64,000 bases of DNA from Octopus sinensis. Lineage: Eukaryota. The position numbers were made by a program, and so were the translations under genes. The notes beneath the pieces are model-generated. The model was not told the origin of the DNA and ran no database searches. It worked only from the letters and a program-made list of their open reading frames with translations. Positions within the stretch are counted from its first letter, which is position 1, and each line of letters starts with the position of its first letter. Below, one piece after another: positions 12,647 through 25,587 of this stretch. The stretch lies in NCBI RefSeq assembly GCF_006345805.1, contig NC_043012.1, forward strand, positions 37,944,001 through 38,008,000. The letters run 5' to 3'.

Positions 12647-13619
12647 GTAAATTATTCTTTTTATTTTTATTTGCTTGTTGCTTTTTTTATTCTTCATTTT
12701 TGTTTGCTTGATGTTGACTCCTGCCTCTTGGCTATCATTTACACTTTCTTCTTCCTCTTCTACTACTACTACTAACACCACCACCATCGCTGCCACCACT
12801 ACTATTACTACTGCTGCTGCTGCTGCCACCACTACTCCTCTTCCTACTACTTCTACCTCTGCCTTATCCTGACTGCTACCACCACTACTTCTACAGCCAT
12901 GTCCACTACAACTATTTTACTACTACTACTGCTACTACTACTACAGCTGCTGCTGCTGTTACTGCTGCCATTAATATGTATCATCTATGAAATTATAAGT
13001 TTGCTTACTGCAGTCCATGTGGCTGGCAAAAGGTTTCACAAAAACCTTAGTTTATGAGTTGGGGGTCGGCTGTAAGAAGAACAGCTAGCAGTGGTGAAAA
13101 AGAGAAAAGAAGTCATCTCATCTGTAGGTGGCGCTGTCGCATGGCCTTAATCCTGATGGCTAAACGAAAATAAAGAATTAAGGAATCTAAGCAAATGGAC
13201 AGAAAAAAGTCTTACGAAAGAATAAATGATTTGAATGACGATGTGGTTGTTTAACCCTAGGTCAAACTTGGTAGAGAAAATTTATGATCAAAGATATTCC
13301 TGCCATGACCATCCTGTCTTTGTTTCAGGTATAATGGAGGACTACATTATGGGAGACACACGTCTGCACTTCTCTGTAACCCTCTGTGCATTCAGATTAC
13401 TTCCCTCTCTAATCTAATGCACGTTTATTTGCATTGTTTTGAATTAATCATGCATTCTCTCATAGCTTTGAGAATATGATGGTTTGTTTGATGTGATGAT
13501 GATGATGATCATCATCATTATTTTGTGTCCATTCTCCATGCTGGCATAGGTTGGATGGTTTGATAGGAGCTGGCAAGGGTTTTGGCACAGTTTAATAATA
13601 GTAATAATAATGAAACTAT

Positions 13620-14010
13620 TGTGCACAGTGCTCAGGTGCACTACAACTCCTCAAAGGTGCATGTAGAGTACATAGAATTATGTACCAAAGTCAGGAAAGT
13701 GAACAGTGTATGAGCCACGATATACATGTGTGCATGCGTATGGAGCAGGAGGGGATATCAAGTGTAGTGTTGGCGAATTTCAGGAAACATGGAGGTTTTA
13801 AAGGATGCAATGTCTCAGCAACTAACAACTGATGCAGGCAGTTTGTGCCATGCTTCAGCAACTCTTGAGTGAAAAAATGTTCAGAAAGTCATGGGAGGTA
13901 TGCTGTTTCCTGACTTTGTAGCCATGCCCACATGTGTTAGACATATGGAGCTCAAAAAGGTGCTCAGGGTGGTTGATGGCATGATGGTTAATAATTTTGT
14001 GGGTGTTTAC
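13620..14010 (-). mobile_element. CR1/L2-type LINE 3' relic
   Basis: Minus-strand translation gives RVAEAWHKLPASVVSC.DIASFK, the FFSxRVxxxWNxLP..S..SFK C-terminal signature. Confidence 0.6.
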
Positions 14011-14868
14011 CAAGTCAGTTGCCAGATGTTGGAGCTTCTATGGCTGGATGCTCTTCTTAACATTGACCACTTTACATAGTGTATTGGATGCTTTTTTCTT
14101 GGCACCCAAACTGGTGGGGTCACCAAGTAATTTGTAAGACAAGACAAAGTCCCTTTGACTGGAGGTGAGGGAGATGTATTTCGGGAGGTGACTTTGTGCT
14201 GGTTGATGAGAGGTTAAAAGAATGATAGAGGGATAGAGATAGGGGCCTTACTGTAGAAGAGATACAGGGATATCCCAGTTAGAGTGACATTGTTGGATAG
14301 GTGTGGTCAGCTAGAACATAAAACAGGTAGAATATTTGGGTGTGAATTGGCTGAAGGATTAATGCAGATGTTGAGGGAAGTTTGACTGCTGTTTCAATTG
14401 AATAGTCCTGGTCAGCTCTTTTGGGGACACATACATGTGGTTAATAGGTGTTCCTTTGGATTGCTGACATGACTTGCCTCTTGTGTAGGTTAAAACTTGG
14501 GTCCATTCTGAAATAATAGTGTGATGTGTGGATGCAATTTGCACACACCATGACACGAAGGTTACAGAATTACAGTTACAATGTTATGTGTGGTGTTGTT
14601 ATCCAGCATATAGCCCTTGGTCAGCCTTGACCTGGAGTAAGAGTAGAAAAGAGTTAAGTTTTCTGCCATAACACAATTTGTAATGAGAAGGTTTGAAGTG
14701 AAAGCTGGGATTAGTCGTAGTATCTTCAGGTTTGTCACCTCACAGCCATAGTGTTTCCTTTTTTGCTACAAGTTAGTATTTGTGGTTTCTATTTTGTGAT
14801 TATACAAGGATTTTTATTCATTTTCTTACTGTTGTTTTCTTTTGTGTTTTTTTTTTCTCCACTTATAG

Positions 14869-14994
14869 ACAGTTTTTGAGGAAGATGATGACAGCAATTT
14901 AAAATCACGTCCCTCAAAAAAGAAACGTAATAAGGCTCAAGTGTCCACAGAAATCATTTCCCCTCCTTCGTCACGTCCAAGTAGATTGAGACAA
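14869..14994 (+). CDS. BRD10: BRD10/KIAA2026-like exon (TVFEEDDDSNLKSRPSKKKRNK...RLRQ), with a basic NLS-like patch
   Basis: Long T-tract + ttatag| acceptor, caa|gtaagt donor, 126 nt, phase 0/0, no stop. Confidence 0.8.
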
Positions 14995-16830
14995 GTAAGT
15001 GATGTAAATTTGTGTTTATCCCCTTGTATCTTTGTGATTACATAGAATTACATAATCTCTCACCTGTGGCTCTACGCAGGTGTCTTTGTGATTATGGATC
15101 CACTATGTAGTCACTGAACTTACTAGAAATAACAGCCTAATCTGCCTGAAATGACACCCTACTGTTTTGCATGCCTACATCATAGGTTTGCTCGGTGAGG
15201 GTTGATCTTGGACTAGGCAACAACCTACCATTTGCTTTTTATTAGTATTGCTCAAAGAGAGTGGCTGGTTGAAACAGAAACTGGGACTAGGCACCTTGCA
15301 GTGTTTGCTGCTTCTCTTGACATTCTGAGTTCAAATCCTGCCATGGTTGACTTGTTGAATATTTAACATCTATGTAAAAAAGGGGCTAGCATGGCTGTGT
15401 GCTTCAAGCATTTGCTTTCGAATCGTATGGTTTTGGGTTTGGCCAACCAGAACCTTGCGAGTGAATTTGATAGATGGAAACTGAAAGCAGCCTCTGTCTG
15501 TCTGTCTGTGTGTGTGTGTGTGTGTGTGTGTGAACACTTATTCTTCATTCATTATATTCACTCCCTCACCCATTCCCCATCTCTCACTCTCCCATACATT
15601 CTTGCAGCTTCTACTCGGCCACACTCCCAGTACTGTCTTCACTCACCTTGTTCCTTGAAGGTCCACCTTGACACCTTATCAACAATATTTTCATCCCTTC
15701 CCAGCTCCACCCCTGTTATCCCCGGTCGAACCGTCCAACCAATGCTAGCATGGAGAACGGACGTTAAACGATGATGATGATGTAGCTCCTCTACAACAAG
15801 AGATCTCTTCTGCTCTGGCCCCCTTCTTTCATATTTTAACCCCACCTTCCCCCCATCATCTCTTAGCATAAAACTGCCTCTTTTGTGGGTTTGTAGTCAT
15901 ACAAGCTGCATGGTGACCTCACTGGTGCTGGTGGCACAAATGAAAGCCACCCAGTCTATATGCTGTAAAGAGGTTGATATGAGGAAGGGCATAGAAATTC
16001 ATAGAAACCACATCGAAGTAGACAATGGAGTCTAAATGCAGTCCTCTTGACATCGCAAGATCAAATTCTGCTGAGGTTGTTTTTGCTTTACAGCCATTTA
16101 GGATTGGCTAAAAAGAGTATCAAATGTGTATATTTGTATTTTTTAGCTTTTTGACTGAAGTCCTTCACATCATTTGGCCCCGAACCCTTTTTTTTCCACT
16201 ACCAACTGATTTCATGTAATACATTTTCCCCACAAACTGGGTGACACGTTATACTTGAGAAGATGTGTTGAGCTTAGTAAAATCCCTGTCATTCATACAT
16301 AGAGACTTGTCCCTTACTACAGGTACTGGTACCACATAAGATGCACACATGTTGGTACTGCATAATTGCACCCATGCTGGTGTCCTGTAAAAGGTACCAA
16401 ATACACTCTGTAAAGTGGTTGGTGCTAAGAAGGGCATCCAGCTGTAGAAACCATGCTACAACTGACAATTTGGATCCTGGACAGCTCTCCAGCTGGCCAG
16501 CCCCATGTCAAACCGTCCAACCCATGCCAGCATGGAAAACAGACATTAAACTATGATGATGACAATGCAAAAACACTCTGCAGTCTGGGGTTGTCAATAA
16601 AATAGAAATAAAATTTTAAAATCTACTCTTTCTGTGTGGCCCCGTACCAAATGATTGATGTCTGGGTACTGCTCTGTGGCCCAGTGATTGGGGGACACGT
16701 GCTGTAGATCTCCTGCTTCAGTGTCACACTCAGAAATATTATAAACCAGTGACTGGTCATCCCTTGGCAAGGGATGTAACCAAGGATGGTGCTGTTGTTC
16801 ACTGCAAGATAAAATAAATACACCCATCCC

Positions 16831-17208
16831 GTAGCTGTGTGGTAAGAAGCTTGCTTCTGAAGCACATGGTTCTGGGTTCAGTCCCACTGCGTGGCATCTT
16901 GGCCAAGTGTCTTCTACAATAGCCTTGGCCCAACCAAAGCATTGTGGATGGATTTGGTAGATGGAAACTGAAAGAAGTCTGTCGTATATATGTATGTGTC
17001 AGTGTTAGTACGCCTATCACCGCTTGACAACCGGTGTTTGCATGTTTATGTCCTCGTAACTTAGTAGTTCGGCAAAAGAGATTGAAAAAATAAGTACTAG
17101 TCTTAAGAAATAAGTCCTGATTTTGATTTCTTCGACTAAAACCCTTCAAGATGGTGCTCCAGCATGGCTGCAGTCAGATGTCTGAAACAAGTGAAATAAT
17201 AAAAGAAT
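16831..17208 (+). mobile_element. tRNA-derived SINE (main family)
   Basis: Full head-body-tail homology to 2383-2800. Confidence 0.85.
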
Positions 17209-17489
17209 CCCATAAAAATGTCTGTATGCTCGTGACCATGAGGTTTCTCGTTTGACCCTGAGAAAGCTGAAAAACCAGAATACATTGAAGCATCCATCAT
17301 CCTATTATTACTTCTGCTCAAGATGTGTAAATCCTATTCGCAGAACCCTTCTCATGTTTTTATATATTAATGTTTCCTTTTTTTTTTATTTTAAGATAAT
17401 ACAGTGTGATATCAGATTGCTTTGGCTGCTATTTCTTCAGGTTGATCCCTCGCATAGTGGCTCCCGTTGTTGGATTGAATAAAGAGGCT

Positions 17490-17540
<51 letters not shown>

Positions 17541-17541
<1 letters not shown>

Positions 17542-18743
17542 TAGCTGAAGGTGACCCGCTCTACGCGCGGGTAAGAGTGTGGGTGTTACTTTATGTTGCT
17601 TCCTTTCAGCACGTAAAAAGCACCATCCGAACGTGGCCGATTGCAGCACCGCCTTGACTTGCTTCTGTGCTGGTGGCACGTAATAAGCACCAACCGATCG
17701 TTGCCACTGCGAGCCCCCCTGGCACCAGTGCCGGCGGCACGAAAAAAGCACTCACTACACTCACAGTGTGGTTGGCGTTAGGAAGGTCATCCACCTGTAG
17801 AAACACTGCCAGATCAGACTGGAGCCTGGTGCAGCCTCCTGGCTTCTGAGACCCCGGTCACACTGCCCAACCCGTGCTAGCACAGAAAACGGACGTTAAA
17901 CGATGATGATGATGATGATTCTCCGTATTTGTTTCTCTCTCCTTTCTCTCTCACTTTCCCACTCTCTTACTTTTCTTTTCTCTCTGACTCTCCCTCGCTT
18001 TCTCTTACTCTCTATCTTTATCTATCTCTCTCCCATTTATAAACAACAAAAGATCTTGAGTAAGTTGAGAAATAAAATATTTAGAAAGATCAATCAGAAA
18101 TATGAGGCAGTGGCAATGGAAAGGTCTGCTTCAAGGCAGACAGCAAAACGCTAACATTCAAAAGGGACAGACGAACTTGCGAGCTGAATAAAAATAATAA
18201 AATATTGGAAACCAAAGTTTGAAGGGATAGAATCTGAGGATTGTAGAGTCACCATGGCTGGCATTTGTTAACGACGGACAGCAACGTAGTGACAGTTTAA
18301 CGGCTGGCGTAAAATTTTGAACTTGATGTAAAAGAAAATTCGTAAACACCAATTTTTGAAGTGATTCTTTCTCACGACAGTAGACTCACCATGGCAAGCA
18401 TTCAAAACTTCTTTATCATGGACGGCAACACATTGACGATTAAAAGGCTGGCGCAAATTTTTTAGCTTGATGCAACAGAGAATTCCTAAACACCCGCTCT
18501 TTGAAATTTTAATCCCCTTCCAGCCCCATTTAGACCCCTTTTCACATTTTGGTTAATATAACCCGATTTCATTCGGGTGTACTGGGGCCACATTTTATAA
18601 GATGAGGAATTTTGTCCTAGAGGTGACGCCTTTCATTTGAGGAACAAAATAGTTGTGATGCAAACTTGTCAGCACCTTTAACATAGGTGTGCATATTTTC
18701 AGGTGAATCGACCGACTACGTAATGCACACATATATATATGTT

Positions 18744-18775
<32 letters not shown>

Positions 18776-20199
18776 CACGCATTATATATACAAATGTATA
18801 CAAATGAGATATATATCTATATAAATTAAATTAGAGATAAAACCACTAATAGGCAAATCAAACAGTGAAAAACCAAAAACAAAAACATAAAAAAAGAAAA
18901 TATAACATAGAAAATATATCTATATATATAAAACTGTAGTTGTGTGAGTGTCTGTCCCCTTCGATTTAGATTCCTAACTACTCCCAAATTTTGCGGTGCA
19001 GTTTAACCAAATTCGGGTATCTTATAGTCGTGATTCATATCGAGCCCGTCTGGGTATTAGCGCGCGTCTACGATGAGTGTACGATTTTAAAAATAATTTA
19101 ACATCATTTTTTATTCCATTTTAATGCATAATTTTTCGTGTGTCGATGGCGGCGGAGTTGGCGTCCACGCTCACGCCTGAACCTGTGTTGCTTCTCCCCC
19201 TTCTTCCCTCCCTCGTGAAGCTGTGGGGAAGGGAGTGTAAGGAAATCAACGTCGTAATGCGTTGTGAAGGAGACCAGCGTTCTTTTAGAACAACGACTTC
19301 ATGGCTTGAAGTCGCCAAAACAGAAATCGCTAAAAAAGCTGAAACAGATCCACAAAAACGGCAAAAACCGCCACACAGGGCAGGTTTCTTGTGCAAACAA
19401 TTTGCACAACCGAATGTTTTAGTTGTTGCACAAATCTTTATATATAAAAGTAAGGTTGTGTGTCTGTCTCCTACGATTTAGATTCCTAACTACTCCCACA
19501 TTTTGCGGTACAGTGTAACCAAAACCGGGTATCTTATAGTCGTGATTCATATCGAGCCCTTCTGGGTATTAGCGCGTGTCTACGATGAGTCTACGATTTA
19601 AAAAAAATTTACCATCATTTTTTATTCCATTTTAATGCATTTTTCGCTATTATATAAGGGAAGTAACTCTCTAAAAATGTCTACGATGAGTCAACGATTA
19701 AAAAAAAAATTACCATCATTTTTTATTCCATTTTAATGCATTTTTCGCTATTATATAAGGGAAGTAACTCTGTAAAAATGTCTACGATGAGTCAACGATT
19801 TAAAAAAGAAATTACTATCATTTTTTATTCCATCTTTAATGCATTTTTTGCTATTTTTTTTGCTATAACTCACTAAAAATGCTTATATAGTTATTTCCCT
19901 TACAAACCCGAGCAACGCCGGGCGATACTGCTAGTAAAATATAAAATTGAAAACTTTAAATTATTTAAATTGAAAATAAAAATTATGAAATTATATTTAT
20001 AATTTGTTTAAAAATATATATAACTATGAAAAAGTATGAAAAAGTTTAATATACATAAATACAGATATATACACTTTGTATATATACATTATATATACAT
20101 ATTTATATATAGAACACACACACATACATTATATATACATATTTATATATAGAACACACACACACACACATTATATACATATATATATATATATATAGA

Positions 20200-20232
<33 letters not shown>

Positions 20233-20621
20233 AATGAACGCAAGAATATCTGATTCATAATATTTGTTCTCATGCTGGTGTGTTGATTGTTGGTGACAGA
20301 CATATACTTCAAAGAACGCCGCCGAAGTGATAGGAAGGTAGGAAACAGAGTCAGTGAAAAAGAAAGGAAATAGCGATAGTGACAGATACTTTAAATAACC
20401 GTAGTTGACTTCTGAAAGTTATGAAGAGGAGTGACAGAGTACTGGAGGAAATAGGGTGAGGTAGGAAGATGGCCCCTAGCAACCACACCTTTTAAGATAG
20501 GGATTTGTAAGGTAGCCCACGCGCATCGTCACCTCATTCTACATGTCCCTGTAAATTTTGGAGCGAATCGGACGGGATGTAGTGGCATTGAAAGCGATCC
20601 AAGCGGTAAAAACGCATTTCA

Positions 20622-20630
<9 letters not shown>
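17541..20630 (-). mobile_element. Non-autonomous Helitron of a second family, hosting nested insertions
   Basis: A|CTAG at 17541 with hairpin acccgc..gcgggt (17554-17572) is the minus-strand 3' end. The other end, cgcatttcagttttatatatat (about 20613-20630), is a typical Helitron 5' end blurred by a TA tract. Confidence 0.6.
18919..19934 (+). mobile_element. Non-autonomous Helitron with two tandem 5' ends (18919 and 19435)
   Basis: A|TCtatatatataaaa ... cccgagcaacgccggg ... CTAG|T, an A-T target with no TSD. Internal ~100-bp subrepeats at 19575-19880. Confidence 0.85.
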
Positions 20631-20667
<37 letters not shown>

Positions 20668-21043
20668 TACAAGCTGAAATATCTTATTAACTTGTATGAA
20701 AGGAGAGGGTGCAAAGGAGCCGAGACTAAAATTACTGTCAACGTCTACAATTCATCATCACCATGATGATGATGATGATGATTATATTGGTAGTGGTGGT
20801 AGTAATGATGATGAGCAGCAGCAGCAGCATGGTCATCATCAATGCTGTGTTATTTAACTTACCTTACTGACAGAGATTGAATGGGTCTGCTGCTGTACAG
20901 TGGTTCAGATTTGGTCTGTCACCAATTTTCCTTTGGCTTTCATAGAAAGCTGTATTTATTGCTTCTTCTGGAGAATCTTCTCTGTATTATCCACGTCTTT
21001 TGCTTTAACTTCTTATATCAGTATTTCCATCTTTCTACATATA

Positions 21044-21097
<54 letters not shown>

Positions 21098-21766
21098 AAT
21101 AAATAAATAAATAAATAAATAATTAAATATATATATATATATGTATATAATAGAAATATGTTTCAAAAAGAAAATAGAAACGACATGTGGAAAAGATTTG
21201 GGGAAAGTAAGAAGAAAAAAAGCGAAAATGCATATTGAATATAAAAAAAAATAAAGACTTTTTTATGAAAAGTGCCCCAGCATGGCCACAGCTCATAAGC
21301 TGAAACTAGAATCAATCAATCAATCAAATAAATCCAATTAGATGAACTGAGGTAGAATTAAGAGGAATTAAATTGGTTATTTTGAATTGTTAAAGAGATT
21401 CAAAGTCAAACCGGTATCGTCATTGCTGTTCACTTAACTAGATATATATATATATATACGGTGACACGTAAAAGAACTATCCGAACGTGGCCGTAGCCAG
21501 CGCTGCCCTGACTGGTCTCCGTGCTGGTGGCATGTAAAAAGCACCATCCGATCATGGCCGTTTGCCAGCTTCCTCTGGCCCCTGTGCCGGTGGCACGTAA
21601 AAAGCATCCACTACACTCACGGAGTGGTTGGCATTAGGAAGGGCATCCAGCTGTAGAAACACTGCCAGATCAGACTGGGCCTGGTGCAGCCTTCTGGCTT
21701 CCCAGACCCCAGTTGAACCGTCCAACCCATGCTAGCATGGAAAGCGGACATTAAACGATGATGATG

Positions 21767-21804
<38 letters not shown>

Positions 21805-22460
21805 ATATATATAATGTCTTTTTGTATCTCTCTGTCTCTTTCTTTGTATACACATGTGTATCTTTCTTTCTCTAATTACGTTCTAATTGCTGAAATCTTT
21901 TGTTAATTAATAACAAAAACTTGTTTATTTACATTGACACAAAAGTAGATATTCCTTAGGGATGTTAGGTATAGTTAGCTGGACTGATAAATATCAATTC
22001 CATTATGATGCAGACTTGACCAAGGACTGACCTCTAGCTGGACAACTACAACTAATGCAGAGTAAAGTTGGTGCTCTGCTGGCAATTGGACCGATGCCAT
22101 CAAGTTACATAACTAAATATTTCAAAGCAGCTTCGCTGACTCTCCCTTGTTTCTGCCACTCTACTCTCCATCTTTATTTCTTATTTTTCCTGGTTGTTTT
22201 CTCCTGCCAAGGTCATCCTCCTCTTGTGAATAAGGTAGTGTAGGAAAGGTGGTGGTGGTGGTGGTGAGAGCGGGTCATTCTAACGGACATTACCATCCCA
22301 TTAATTGTGTCTTTTTTTATGAGAGCTGCAGAAATAACAAAGCATCAGATAGTATCCACTTTTGTTTCTCTACATTCTGTGACGTAATTCCAGCCGAGCC
22401 AACAATTTTGTGTCTCCATTTTTGAAATCTATTAACCTTGTATTTCTTTGTCTTTGACAG

Positions 22461-23282
22461 AAAATCAAAACTGTTCTGCCGCCAACAGTAATCTCCAGTG
22501 AAGAAGAAGACTCTGATTACAGCTTTGAATCTCTCCATAAACTTGGTGCCCCTTTGCGTAGAGGGCGAAAGAAAAGGCGTACTCTCGACTGGTCAAGGAA
22601 TTGTTTTTTAGATCCCTGGGGTTCTCCTATAAACTATCTTTCAAATTATAGCAAAAACGGCGCCTACCGAATGCCTACGTACCTCAAACATCCGAACAAT
22701 TTGAAATTTAATGCTAAAGAGAGACTATCCAATGGTGCTTCAGTTTTAACTGACCAATGCAAGATAAAGTGTGAAAGTAAGACAGACTGTAAATGTTTGC
22801 CAGATTCTAACCATTGTAAGGTAGAATCTGAAGGAGATTCTTCTTCAAACAGCTGCCATTGTAAACATGAAGAACAATCTGAAAGTAACAGAGCTTTGTC
22901 AGATTATAAACTTAGCAATGGAATGGTTAAGCAAGAATCTGGTTCTCATGATTGTCAAAGTGGTGTGATGTGTTGTGCTGCAGAGGTAAAGAGTGAATGT
23001 AAGCCAGTGATGAGTGATTTTTGTGGTCAAGGAGTGGACGGTCAGGGAATCAAGTCAGTGTCTTTTATTAAAGAAGAACCATTGTATAACAAGGTGGCTT
23101 TTAAACGGAGGCCGGAGAAGTTAAAGGGGAAAAGGGGTCCGAAGCCTTTTGGTTTGAAAGGCCGAAGTAAAATGGACTTTAAGAAGCCACATGTGAAAAC
23201 GAAAGTTGTACAAGATAAACTCAATGGTGATATTGATAGCAGTGTGAAAGAAGAGAGTGAAGAGGAATCGGATGTTGAACTG
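22461..23282 (+). CDS. BRD10: BRD10/KIAA2026-like exon, 274 codons, Cys/Lys/Glu-rich
   Basis: tttgacag| acceptor in frame with ORF 22554..23408. Donor ctg|gtaggt gives the phase 0 needed by the next exon. Confidence 0.82.
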
Positions 23283-23869
23283 GTAGGTATTTGTAATTTC
23301 CTTTGTTGCTTCTACTCTATATCTGTGTGTGTGTGTGTGTACATACACACACACACACACACACATTGTATATTTTGGTGGTTGCACTTGAAGTGGATAA
23401 AGCTGTAAATAATTGCATGTAAATATTGGTGGGAAAAATTTGTTGGATAGAAAATGTCCAAAGCAGTCCATGGAAGGGGAGTTTCCATGAAGGGGAGATT
23501 CCATGGAACATGAACCAACCAACTTCAACTCCTTCTCTCCGTAGAGTTTTTTTTCTCACTCACTATTTACATCTAATTATTTATAACTTTATCTCATTGA
23601 ATTCAACTGTTAAAAAATGGATTATTTTCACATTTTCTTGAAGTTTCTAAATTCTCATGATCATGATCATTTAAAGTCTGCTTTCCATGCTGGCATGAGT
23701 TGGACGGTTTGACATGAAGCTAGCCAGCTGGGAGCTGTGCAGACTCCAGTTGTCTGTTGTGGCATGGCTTGTACGGTTGGATTCCCTTCCTAACGCCAAC
23801 CACTTAAGAGTGATGTAAACAATATATATAAACAGTCATCACAAAAGACACACACACACACACACACAC

Positions 23870-23916
<47 letters not shown>

Positions 23917-24049
23917 CAATAATGCAAATTCTGTCTTTATTTTTGTAGTTTACTTATTTTAGGATTTTTTGATTTTTTTGATTATAAAAATATCTCCTGT
24001 ATCTCACTCTTTCCTTGCATGAAAGCCCTATTTTTTTCTTCTTTTTTAT

Positions 24050-24470
24050 CGGGGCATCATTCTGTTGGGCCGATTGCTAGGGCCAGCCTCACTACCTCTT
24101 GATCTTCCATTAGTGTTCTTAGGTCTTCAACTTGGCATCCAACATCTTCTGCAAGCTGTTGTATATATGTCTTCCGTGGTTCCATGATTTGGTGTCCACA
24201 GCAACACACAACTCACCAGTTCTTCTTTACTTCTCCAGCAGTGGCCAGCAAACCTCAATCTCCGCTCTTGGATGGTTGGTGAGAAAATTGGTGCATTCCT
24301 ATCGTTGTTTTATTGGGTGCTCCCTCCAAGAGATGTTGAGCACTGCACATAACATTCTGGTGTAGGTACCGTCCAGCATGCACCTGAGACTCTTGGTGAG
24401 AGTCCAAATCAGAGAGCCATATACAAACACATTCAACAACTGCTCTGAAGAACTGTCTCTCCAATTTATC
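24050..24470 (-). mobile_element. RTEX/RTE-type LINE 3' relic
   Basis: Minus-strand frames give RQFFRAVVE...YGS.TWTLTK...LDGTYTRML...LNISW, frameshifted. Confidence 0.6.
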
Positions 24471-24496
24471 TCTGCTACAGCTATAATTATTTAGAT

Positions 24497-25037
24497 CAGT
24501 GATTCTCAACCAGGGGCCATGTAAGATTTTGGGTGGGGGGTGCGGGTCTATGCTAGCAAAATAGTAAATTTGGGATCCATTTGTATTTTAAGGGTTCATG
24601 ACAAGTTTTGATTTAAATGTATGAAGGGGAGCTGCAAAGTTCCTGGCTTTAAGGGTATCGCTAAAGGTCTGGCTGGAGGCCCAGCATTCCAAGTTCTTTT
24701 TCAGCGCTTAGAAAAGCTGAAGGACCGATGCAATAAGTATGTGAGTCTGAGAAGGGAATATGTTGAATAAAATCATTAACTGATCCCCGTCTATTTTCTT
24801 TTACCTAAAGCCAGGAACTTTTCAGTGTCCCCTTGCCTGTATTGCAAGAAACAGCTAGGTTTATTTCTCTAACACAATTACTTCAAATCATAGAGGAGAA
24901 TGAGTGATAAAGAAAATAGGAATTTTGAAAGAAGTTTCTATAAAATTAGTTTTTAAACACGGAATGGCTCTGGGGGTCCACTAGAATAAAATATTAAACA
25001 AAAGGGTCCATAGGATAAAAATGGTTGAGGGCCACTG
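24497..25037. mobile_element. hAT-type MITE
   Basis: TIRs cagtgattctcaacc / ggttgagggccactg; 8-bp TSD atttagat / attgagat (7/8). Confidence 0.8.
24620..24836 (+). mobile_element. Mariner-derived MITE nested in the hAT MITE
   Basis: TIRs gctgcaaagttcctggcttta / taaagccaggaacttttcag; residual transposase C-terminus LEKLKDRCNKYVSLRREYVE*. Confidence 0.75.
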
Positions 25038-25587
25038 ATTGAGATTGTGTAGATCTGTGATAAAAAGGGTTCTTTCCATGACCATCCCATATAGGGTCAG
25101 TATTGTTAAAGGTCTTCTTCCATTTTCTGAGACTAGCAGAATGGCCCACCTTGCAGGTGGTTTTTCTGTCAATCCCTAAATATCATTCAGCTGACTGATA
25201 TTTATACAATTGATTCCTGATTTGTGTGATATTTGGGGTCTGTTGTGTCCCTCCTTTGTCAGTGGTACTCGTTTACTCATTAAATAAAACTTGGAGGAGA
25301 CACAACTACAGAATTCTCTCCTCTGACTTCATCTTTGTTTCTTCATAACCTTATGAAAAATTAGATTTTTAATGAAATTTTCGATAAATGCATTTCAGAA
25401 GAGTGTAGAATATGATTATATTGGAATTTTTTTTTTTTTTTTTTTGAAATTTGGGTGAGAGAAGTTTGGGATGATTCAATATCTTGTCCTTGTTTGATCG
25501 TAATTTTCAGAAAAATGTGTTTTTTTTTTATGAAATTTTCTACAAATTCCTTTTAAATGATGTAGATTGTAATTTTATTGGAATTTA

